Positions 1 through 5,918 of a DNA stretch of 9,054 bases are shown piece by piece. Source of the stretch: an archaeon (GTDB lineage: Archaea > Iainarchaeota > Iainarchaeia > Iainarchaeales > CSSED10-239); the NCBI GenBank assembly GCA_037147375.1, contig JBAWVI010000036.1:1-9054 (forward strand), written 5' to 3'. Numbering within the stretch: position 1 is the first letter of the stretch; each line of letters starts with the position of its first letter. Under the pieces are notes generated by a model. The model was not told the DNA's origin. It saw only the letters and a list, made by a program, of their open reading frames with translations, and made no database searches. Position numbers and translations under genes: made by a program.

Positions 1-79
1 CTTCTTCTCTTTAGTTATCTTTATAAATATATACTCCTTAAATATTATTATATATAAATTATATATACTTTTTTGGTGA

Positions 80-190
80 ATGATTGTGAGTACTGTTAAA
101 AAAAATAAAAAGAAAGGACAAGTTTCTATTGAAATTCTAGCAATTATCGGAATTGTTATTATTGGTGGAATTATAGTTGGTTCTTTTTAT
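80..190 (+). other. Archaeal class III (type IV prepilin-like) signal peptide, DUF361-type QxSxE motif
   Basis: MIVSTVKKNKKKG|QVSIEILAIIGIVIIGGIIVGSFYM has a Lys-rich n-region and a Gly-Gln junction (G13/Q14). It then has Q-V-S-I-E followed by a long hydrophobic helix. This is the pattern cleaved by archaeal prepilin peptidases (PibD/EppA family). Confidence 0.7.
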
Positions 191-2164
191 ATGTCTGGAA
201 TTAGTAAAAAAACAGCTGAAGCAACTGAAATTGCAAATACAAGCTCAAACATATATGAAAAAATAGTTGATTATAATGGATCTATTGGATCAACTTCTTA
301 TGTTTGTGGTAATAATAAAGTTGAAGGAACTGAATTATGTGATGTAAATGATATGGGTGCTTATACTGGTTTAAATTGTGCTTCTCTAAAGCTAGGTTCT
401 GGTTCTCTTGATTGTTATGATAATAATTGTACTATTGATATTAGTGATTGTTCTGGAAGTGTAAGTGCATTTTGTGGAGACGATATTATTGAAGGTTCTG
501 AACAATGTGAACCTGGACCTCCACTTAATCTAAATTCAAAAGATTGTATATCTCTTGGATATAAAGGTGGAACATTAAATTGTTATTCAGAAATGTTAGT
601 AAATGGTTGTAAATTTAATACTTCTGCTTGTACAAGTGGAGATTGCGGAGATTTAGTTTGTAGTGGTACAGAAACACCAATAACTTGTCCAACTGATTGT
701 GCTGTAATGCCAACAGCAGATCCTCTTGGTGGAACATATACAAATACAACACTTGTAACATTAAGCACTACAACTCCTAATGCTAGAATTTATTATACTG
801 TTAATGGAACAGATCCTGATCCAAGTACTAGTCCAGAATATACTGGAAAAATATCTATCTCAAGTGATACTAATCTTTATGCAAGAGCATACACAAGTAC
901 TTGGGATGAAAGTGATCGTATGGAACAAAATTATATAATTGGTAAGCTTGCAACACCAACTGCAACTCCTGCTGGATCAACATACTCAAGTCCTCAAACT
1001 ATTGTATTAAATTGTGCAACTCCAGGCGCAGATATTTATTATTCAATAGAGTATTCTGATTATGATGAAATAAATCAATTATATGTGTCTCCTATATCGA
1101 TTTCAGAAGATGCAACTATTTATGCACAAGCATTTAAAGTTGGTTATGATCCTAGTGCATTCATGATTGAAAAATATTTAATTAATGGAGTTGCAACTCC
1201 AATTGCAGATCCTCTTGGTGGAGTTTATACAGATCCTCAAATTGTAGTTTTAGATACGTTAACAAGCGGTGCAAGTATTTATTATACAACTGATGGTTCC
1301 ACACCAACAACTTCAAGCACATTATATTTTATTCCAATACCTATTAATTTAACTACAATCTTAAAAGCTATTGCTGTAAAGGGTTTAGATTCAAGTGCAG
1401 TTATGACTGAAAAATATGAAATAACTGGACAAGTTGCTACTCCAGAAGCAGATCCAGTAGCAGGAACATATGTAGCTCCTCAAACTGTTGAATTAAGTTC
1501 AGCAACATTTGAAGCAAAAATATATTACACAACAGATGGAACAGATCCAAGTATGTTTAATGGCATTATTTATGTAGGAACTCCTATTGATATAAATGAG
1601 ACTACAACATTAAAAGCAATTGCAATAAAACCTGGATTTGCAGATAGTAATATTTTTACTGGAGTTTATACAATTAATGTACCATCTAAAATTGTATTTC
1701 ATACAGATGGATGGATTAGAGGAGACTTTGGAGGATTTACTTTTGCAGATGATTTATGTAATGCAGAAGCAAGTGCTGCTGGTTTACTTGGTACATATAA
1801 GGCATGGTTAAGTGATGATACTAAAAGTGCTGCAAGTAGATTAAATCATTCCCTTGGACCATATAAGTTAGTTGATAGTACTGTTGTAGCAAAGAATTGG
1901 GTTGATTTAATAGATGGTGACCTTTTTTCACCCATTAATCTAACAGCAGATGGTGAACTAACTAAAAATGATTATTCTTGGACTAACACCACTATTAATG
2001 GTAGTATAGCTGGTGATTCTTGTGGTAATTGGACTAATAGGTTCTGTGCTTTTGGAACTTTTGGTTTAATAGGTAGTATCACTGAAATGAATAATGATTG
2101 GACAGAATGGCAAGCAGTTGGATGTTGTCAAATTAAGGTTGGATTCTATTGTTTTGAGCAATAA
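80..2164 (+). CDS. Large secreted/surface modular protein (putative adhesin). It has an N-terminal class III signal peptide, Cys-rich repeats, four CHB_HEX_C/Fn3-associated-like modules and a Cys-containing C-terminal domain.
   Basis: 694-codon ORF with ATG at 80, preceded by GGTGA at 75-79, ending in TAA. The domain-like motifs are listed in the sub-features below. Trp is encoded by TGG and there are no internal stops. Confidence 0.9.
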   Translation: MIVSTVKKNKKKGQVSIEILAIIGIVIIGGIIVGSFYMSGISKKTAEATEIANTSSNIYEKIVDYNGSIGSTSYVCGNNKVEGTELCDVNDMGAYTGLNCASLKLGSGSLDCYDNNCTIDISDCSGSVSAFCGDDIIEGSEQCEPGPPLNLNSKDCISLGYKGGTLNCYSEMLVNGCKFNTSACTSGDCGDLVCSGTETPITCPTDCAVMPTADPLGGTYTNTTLVTLSTTTPNARIYYTVNGTDPDPSTSPEYTGKISISSDTNLYARAYTSTWDESDRMEQNYIIGKLATPTATPAGSTYSSPQTIVLNCATPGADIYYSIEYSDYDEINQLYVSPISISEDATIYAQAFKVGYDPSAFMIEKYLINGVATPIADPLGGVYTDPQIVVLDTLTSGASIYYTTDGSTPTTSSTLYFIPIPINLTTILKAIAVKGLDSSAVMTEKYEITGQVATPEADPVAGTYVAPQTVELSSATFEAKIYYTTDGTDPSMFNGIIYVGTPIDINETTTLKAIAIKPGFADSNIFTGVYTINVPSKIVFHTDGWIRGDFGGFTFADDLCNAEASAAGLLGTYKAWLSDDTKSAASRLNHSLGPYKLVDSTVVAKNWVDLIDGDLFSPINLTADGELTKNDYSWTNTTINGSIAGDSCGNWTNRFCAFGTFGLIGSITEMNNDWTEWQAVGCCQIKVGFYCFEQ
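305..700 (+). repeat. Cysteine-rich repeat modules (Myxococcus-type CGxGxxExGExCD repeat / DUF4215-like) plus a CGDxxCxxxExxxxCPxDC motif
   Basis: Module A is CGNNKVEGTELCD...NCASLKLGSGSLDCYDNNCTIDISDC (aa 76-124). Module B is CGDDIIEGSEQCE...DCISLGYKGGTLNCYSEMLVNGCKFNTSAC (aa 132-184). They are followed by CGDLVCSGTETPITCPTDC (aa 189-207). The Cys spacing is regular and repeated. Confidence 0.6.
707..1678 (+). repeat. Four tandem modules of about 80 aa resembling the chitobiase/beta-hexosaminidase C-terminal (Fn3-associated, CHB_HEX_C_1) domain
   Basis: The four modules are aa 210-287, 290-368, 371-449 and 452-533. All share TPxADPxGGxY....V.L......A.IYYT.DG.DP....Y..PI.I...T.L.A.A.K.G...S......Y.I. 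At the DNA level, gcagatcctcttggtgga occurs identically at 716-733 and 1205-1222. Confidence 0.8.
1685..2161 (+). other. C-terminal Cys-containing globular domain, possibly DUF1554-like (lectin/endostatin-like)
   Basis: FHTDGWIRGDFGGFTFADDLCNAEASAAGLLGTYKAWLSDD...SCGNWTN...CCQIKVGFYCFEQ. The G-x-x-G-A-D-x-x-C, YKAWLSD and terminal YC-x-EQ motifs match my memory of the DUF1554 consensus. This is not verified. Confidence 0.4.
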
Positions 2165-2214
2165 TTAATTAAACATAACCATTTAATTAATATAGCTCTT
2201 AGCAATTATTTTGT

Positions 2215-2247
2215 TTTTCAAACAAACCCCCAAAAGAAGTTTGAAAA
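2215..2247. repeat. 9-bp inverted repeat (hairpin) just downstream of an oligo-T tract after the surface-protein gene
   Basis: ttttcaaac (2215-2223) pairs with gtttgaaaa (2239-2247), with a 15-nt loop aaacccccaaaagaa. It is preceded by attattttgttttt. It is a possible 3'-end or termination element. Confidence 0.4.
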
Positions 2248-2305
2248 CAAAACTAGTTCTTTATTAAAATGATTTTATACACTAGTATATACGGTAAATC
2301 TATTA

Positions 2306-2428
2306 CCTTGTTTCACAAAAGAAAAAAAAGGCAGAAAAGAGGAAGGAAGAAAAAGCACACTGTGATTCTTAAATATTACAGATCCCTGGATTTTTCTTCT
2401 TCCTTTATATTTTAAAAAAGAAACAAGG
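2306..2428. repeat. Nested inverted repeats forming a potential structure of about 123 nt (candidate ncRNA or MITE-like relic)
   Basis: The outer arms are ccttgtttc (2306-2314) and gaaacaagg (2420-2428), 9 bp perfect. The inner arms are the polypurine ggaaggaagaaaaa (2341-2354) and the polypyrimidine tttttcttcttcc (2391-2403). The inner pair has 9 perfect bp (2346-2354 / 2391-2399), extendable with G-U pairs, around a 36-nt loop. Confidence 0.45.
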
Positions 2429-2503
2429 ACTTAAACTTATTTTATTTAAAATCATCTTTCTTCTTAAATACACTTTAGTTAAGGGATATTAAACAAACAC
2501 ATC

Positions 2504-2542
2504 TTACCCTGGACAAACAGATAATTGAATTGTCCAGGGTAA
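2504..2542. promoter_or_regulatory. Perfect palindrome (12-bp arms, 15-nt spacer) abutting the fic TATA-like box; candidate operator
   Basis: ttaccctggaca (2504-2515) is the exact reverse complement of tgtccagggtaa (2531-2542). It is unusually G+C-rich for this intergenic context. It lies directly 5' of aaaatatataaa (2541-2552), where a BRE would sit. Confidence 0.6.
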
Positions 2543-2552
2543 AATATATAAA
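2541..2552 (+). promoter_or_regulatory. TATA-like box for fic, with spacing that suggests a leaderless mRNA
   Basis: aaaatatataaa is centred about 28 nt upstream of ATG 2575. Archaeal TATA boxes are centred about 26-27 nt upstream of the TSS. No SD-like box lies in between. Confidence 0.4.
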
Positions 2553-2574
2553 CCCATCTATTCATTATATTTAT

Positions 2575-3555
2575 ATGGTTTATATATATGTTAAGAAGAA
2601 TGGTTTAGAGAAATATTATTATCTAAGAATAGATAAAAGAATAAATGGGAAAAAAGTTGTTAAAGATATAGCTTATCTTGGCAATGATTTATCAAAAATA
2701 AACATTAACAATTTACTAGATAATAAAGTATACCCTAAAGAAATTAGAAAAAGTTATAGAACCATTACTAAGTTCTTAAATTCAAATTATTATATTCAAA
2801 AAGCAGAATCTTTAAAATTAAAGAAAAACAATTATTTAACTACTGATGAACAGGTTAAACTTGAATCAATTAAATTACACTTTGATTCTAGATTTAAAAC
2901 ATTAGATTTACAAACTCAAAGAGATATATATAATCATTTTATTGTTTCATTTACTTATAATACTACCTCCATTGAAGGAAATACAATTCCATTAAGCGGA
3001 GTTAGAAAAATACTTAATGAAGATAATGCAACATTAAAGAATAAAACACTAAGAGAAATATATGATCTTAGAAATACAAAAAATACATTCTTTTCTATAC
3101 TTAATAAAACTGAGTTTAACTTAGAATTAATAATTGATGTACATAAACAATTATTGATGGATATTGACGATAGAACTGAATTTAGAAATTTTGATATTAG
3201 GGTAACCAAATCTCATTTCGATTCAACCCCTTATTTTAGAATATATAAAGAAATAGATGAATTATTTGATTGGTATAATAAATCAAAGGAGCATCCATTT
3301 GTAAAGGCAGTTATTTTCCATCATAAATTTGAAAGAATACATCCATTTGCAGATGGAAATGGAAGAACAGGTAGAACATTATTTAATTTCATGTTATTGA
3401 AATTTAATTATCCTCCAATAGTGATTACAAAGAAAAATAGAGATAAATATTTAGATACTCTTTCAATTGCAGATAAAAAGGAAGACTATAAACCATTAAT
3501 AAGTTTTCTTATATCTGAGTATGAAACAAGTTATTGGGAAAATTTTATAGTATAA
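2575..3555 (+). CDS. fic: Fic-domain protein (putative AMPylase/adenylyltransferase), class II with an internal inhibitory helix
   Basis: The canonical Fic motif HPFADGNGRTGR lies at nt 3340-3375. The inhibitory (S/T)xxxE(G/N) motif TTSIEG lies at nt 2962-2979, upstream of the core. The N-terminus MVYIYVKKNGLEKYYYLRIDKRINGKKVVKDIAYLG resembles the N-terminal module of archaeal Fic proteins. The ORF-track start at 2530 is a TTG inside the palindrome, so ATG 2575 is preferred. Confidence 0.9.
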   Translation: MVYIYVKKNGLEKYYYLRIDKRINGKKVVKDIAYLGNDLSKININNLLDNKVYPKEIRKSYRTITKFLNSNYYIQKAESLKLKKNNYLTTDEQVKLESIKLHFDSRFKTLDLQTQRDIYNHFIVSFTYNTTSIEGNTIPLSGVRKILNEDNATLKNKTLREIYDLRNTKNTFFSILNKTEFNLELIIDVHKQLLMDIDDRTEFRNFDIRVTKSHFDSTPYFRIYKEIDELFDWYNKSKEHPFVKAVIFHHKFERIHPFADGNGRTGRTLFNFMLLKFNYPPIVITKKNRDKYLDTLSIADKKEDYKPLISFLISEYETSYWENFIV

Positions 3556-3701
3556 ATAAGTAAACCTTATTTTAGGTAGTTGTTTTTATTAGTTATAAAA
3601 GTTTAGGATAATACTCTTTTCCTAATCAAAGCAAACTATTTAAAAACCATTTCTACTCATTTATTTATTATTAAATTATTAAATTTAAATAGGAGATTAA
3701 T

Positions 3702-4643
3702 ATGAGTGTTAAAGATCAATTTGTAAAACTTAAAGAAAATTGGTTATTAATTGTTATACTTCTTGTTATAGTGGTTATAGCATTACCATTACTTTCAGGA
3801 GTAGTATCAAACGCAGGAAGTGGACTTAGATATTCATCAAGTGATTATTCTATGAGTTCATCTTATAATCCATCATACAACGAAAGCTATTCAAAAATGG
3901 CTTCAGGTAATTATCTAAATAACACAGTAGACTTTGCACCAGGTGTAACTGATAGATTAATTACAAAGAATGCATCTCTTTCAAGTGAAGTTAAAAGAGG
4001 AACATTTGAAACTTCTCAAACAAAGTTAATAGATTCAGTAACAGCAATGGATGCATATTTACTTACAAAGAATTCAAATAGATATGGTGATAGAAAATCT
4101 AATCAATACTATTCTGGATATTATACAATCAAAGTTGAAACAAAGAAGTATTCAGCTTTTGTTGATCAACTAAAAAGTATAGGTAACGTTACTTCTTTTA
4201 ATGAATCAACAGATGATGTTACAGGTAACTATACAAATCTTTCAAGTGAGATTAGCGCTGAACAAGAAAAATTAACAAGATATAAAGTTATGTTTGCAGA
4301 AGCAACTTTAATGGAAGATAAGATAACATTAACAGATAGGATTGCAGAAGAACAAAGAACAATTGATTATTTAAAATCAGCACTTGAAAACGTAAACAAT
4401 CAAGTTTCTTATTCTACAATCAATGTTTCATTAACTGAAGAACAATCAAATTATGCAAATATTGCATTTGTTAAGTTATCAGACTTAGTAAGAAGCTTAG
4501 TAAACAGTTCAAGCTTAGTTCTTAGAATAATCTTCTTCTTATTCCCATTCGGAGTATTAGCTCTAATAATTTGGGGTATTGTAAGAATTACAAGAAGAAA
4601 GAGCGAGCCAGTTAAAACACAAGAAACAATTAAGAGAAGATAA
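3702..4643 (+). CDS. DUF4349-like membrane protein (N-terminal TM anchor, coiled-coil, C-terminal TM helix)
   Basis: AGGAG lies at 3691-3695, 6 nt before the ATG. The N-terminal helix is WLLIVILLVIVVIALPLL. The central segment DDVTGNYTNLSSEISAEQEKLTRYKVMFAEATLMEDKITLTDRIAEEQRTIDYLKSALENVNNQVSYSTINVSLTEE matches the remembered DUF4349 pattern. The C-terminal TM helix is IIFFLFPFGVLALIIWGIV, followed by a basic tail. Confidence 0.75.
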   Translation: MSVKDQFVKLKENWLLIVILLVIVVIALPLLSGVVSNAGSGLRYSSSDYSMSSSYNPSYNESYSKMASGNYLNNTVDFAPGVTDRLITKNASLSSEVKRGTFETSQTKLIDSVTAMDAYLLTKNSNRYGDRKSNQYYSGYYTIKVETKKYSAFVDQLKSIGNVTSFNESTDDVTGNYTNLSSEISAEQEKLTRYKVMFAEATLMEDKITLTDRIAEEQRTIDYLKSALENVNNQVSYSTINVSLTEEQSNYANIAFVKLSDLVRSLVNSSSLVLRIIFFLFPFGVLALIIWGIVRITRRKSEPVKTQETIKRR

Positions 4644-4646
4644 AGA

Positions 4647-4676
4647 TTTATCTTTTCTTTTTTCTTTTATTTTTAT
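4647..4676 (+). terminator. Oligo-T rich tract after the DUF4349 gene (archaeal-type termination signal)
   Basis: tttatcttttcttttttcttttattttt lies immediately after TAA 4641-4643. Archaeal RNAP terminates at T-runs. Confidence 0.35.
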
Positions 4677-4786
4677 AATATAATTTCATTTATATACTTT
4701 TCTGTATATATAATATATACTAAAACAAACTAATTTTTAATTAAAATTAGAAAAAAAAGTATATTATTAAGTTTAGGTGAATTATT

Positions 4787-5551
4787 ATGGGTTTAAGACC
4801 AGGACACTGTTATTGTAAAAATGTTAAGCAAAGAGCTTTTACTAGAGTAGCTAAGAAAGTACATAGAAAGAATTTCGTTGGAGGAATTCCAGGACTTAAG
4901 ATACGTCAATTCCATATGGGTACTGGAGACAGACCATACACACACGTTGTTCATTATGTTACTTCTGAAAAGGTTCAGATTAGAGATAATGCTTTAGAAT
5001 CAATTAGAGTAACTATTACTAGACAATTAACAAAGAAGTTAACTATTGCTAACTATTATATGAAATTAAGAGTATATCCACAGTTCTTCTTACGTGAAAA
5101 TAAGCAAGCACAAGGAGCACATGCGGACAGAATACAGATGGGAATGAGCCAATGTCCTTTTGGTAAGGTTATTGGAGTTGCATCAAGAGTTAGAGTTAAT
5201 CAAAAAATATTAAGTGTATTAGTTGATGAAGCAAACGTTCCAACTGTTGTAGCAATACTTGATAGATGTGATTCAAAGGTTCCAGGAAGAATGAAGGTTA
5301 TTGTTGAAAAAAATGAAAGCAACTTTAAATCTGTTGGAACTGTAAAGAAGAAGAGAAGAATGATTAAAGATCAACAAGAAGAAGATCTTAAGAATGAAGC
5401 AGCAAAGGCAGCTGGAGCAACACCAACTGATGGTAAGACACCTGCAGCAGCTACAGGAAAACCAGCAGCAGGAGCAAAGGCACCAGCAGCAGCTGGAAAG
5501 CCAGCAGCTGGAGCAAAACCAGCAGCACCAGCAGCAAAAGGAAAGAAGTAA
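4787..5551 (+). CDS. rpl10e: 50S ribosomal protein L10e (uL16, archaeal/eukaryotic type) with a C-terminal Lys/Ala/Pro-rich extension of about 80 aa
   Basis: MGLRPGHCYCKNVKQRAFTRV...GGIPGLKIRQFHMG...LRENKQAQGAHADRIQMGMSQCPFGKVIGVASRV is the conserved L10e core. AGGTGA lies at 4775-4780. The core ends near aa 175, whereas the ORF runs to aa 254. Confidence 0.95.
   Translation: MGLRPGHCYCKNVKQRAFTRVAKKVHRKNFVGGIPGLKIRQFHMGTGDRPYTHVVHYVTSEKVQIRDNALESIRVTITRQLTKKLTIANYYMKLRVYPQFFLRENKQAQGAHADRIQMGMSQCPFGKVIGVASRVRVNQKILSVLVDEANVPTVVAILDRCDSKVPGRMKVIVEKNESNFKSVGTVKKKRRMIKDQQEEDLKNEAAKAAGATPTDGKTPAAATGKPAAGAKAPAAAGKPAAGAKPAAPAAKGKK
5393..5548 (+). repeat. Low-complexity A/P/K/G-rich coding repeat within the L10e tail
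   Basis: NEAAKAAGATPTDGKTPAAATGKPAAGAKAPAAAGKPAAGAKPAAPAAKGKK. GKPAAGAK occurs twice (nt 5456-5479 and 5495-5518). It forms a local G+C-rich island built from ccagcagc units. Confidence 0.8.
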
Positions 5552-5596
5552 TTCTTTTCCTTTTTATTTTCTTTTTCTTTATTCTATTTTTTAATT
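5552..5596 (+). terminator. Long oligo-T rich tract after rpl10e
   Basis: ttcttttcctttttattttctttttctttattctatttttt lies directly after the TAA stop. Confidence 0.4.
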
Positions 5597-5654
5597 TGGT
5601 ATTACCATGTTATTAAATGATATTATTATAAACTAATTGGTATATATAATATAT

Positions 5655-5918
5655 ATGATCATAAGATGGAGTCTTCATGCACAAGATAGGTTTTGTGAAA
5701 GAGCATTAATCTTAGGACTAAATTATGGAGACATAGAATATTATATTAAAGAACAAAAAATTAAAATTAAAGAAAAAGATAATATAAAAACAATATTTAA
5801 TATTGATCAATTTGTATTAACAGCAATTAAAAAAGAAACTAAAGATTATATTTATGTAATTACATTGTGGGAAGCAAATGAAGAGGAAGTTAAAATATGG
5901 AATATGAAAAAGAAATAA
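5655..5918 (+). CDS. Small DUF4258-like protein, putative type II toxin
   Basis: 87 aa from ATG 5655. The ORF-track TTG at 5637 would add only MVYIIY. The sequence is MIIRWSLHAQDRFCERALILGL...DYIYVITLWEANEEE. The H-A-x-x-R-x-x-E-R-x-I and V-I-T-L-W motifs match the remembered DUF4258 pattern. It overlaps the next gene by 22 nt. A TATA-like attattataaa lies about 25-30 nt upstream. Confidence 0.55.
   Translation: MIIRWSLHAQDRFCERALILGLNYGDIEYYIKEQKIKIKEKDNIKTIFNIDQFVLTAIKKETKDYIYVITLWEANEEEVKIWNMKKK

Noticed and set aside
583-768. 61-aa minus-strand ORF
   Set aside because: It lies entirely inside, and antisense to, the well-supported 694-aa CDS. It has no recognisable motifs and is a typical shadow ORF.
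2269-2415. 48-codon highly basic micro-ORF (MILYTSIYGKSITLFHKRKKRQKRGRKKKHTVILKYYRSLDFSSSFIF)
   Set aside because: It has no SD-like box and no properly spaced TATA box. Its basic core is simply the translation of a polypurine run that also forms one arm of an inverted repeat. It is mentioned in the intergenic finding but is not called as a gene.
2530-2574. TTG start giving a 15-aa N-terminal extension (MSRVKYINPSIHYIY) on Fic
   Set aside because: The TTG lies inside the palindrome and upstream of the TATA-like box. ATG 2575 gives the N-terminus MVYIYVKK..YYYLR typical of archaeal Fic proteins.
2955-3209. 84-aa minus-strand ORF
   Set aside because: It is antisense to the fic core region. 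Its low-complexity Leu/Ser/Phe-rich translation is what the reverse complement of Lys/Glu/Asn-rich coding sequence produces.
4730-4750. Near-palindrome ctaatttttaattaaaattag upstream of rpl10e
   Set aside because: It is an imperfect, pure A/T low-complexity sequence. Such dyads are expected by chance in spacers this AT-rich.
5394-5594. 66-aa plus-strand Gln-rich ORF (MKQQRQLEQHQ...)
   Set aside because: It is an alternative frame of the repetitive gcagca-rich L10e tail. Its Gln-rich content is a frame artefact of the Ala/Pro/Lys repeat, and it runs on into the oligo-T terminator region.
5637-5654. TTG start adding MVYIIY to the DUF4258-like protein
   Set aside because: The codons fall within a tatatata promoter-like tract. 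ATG 5655 gives an N-terminus that begins right at the conserved segment.
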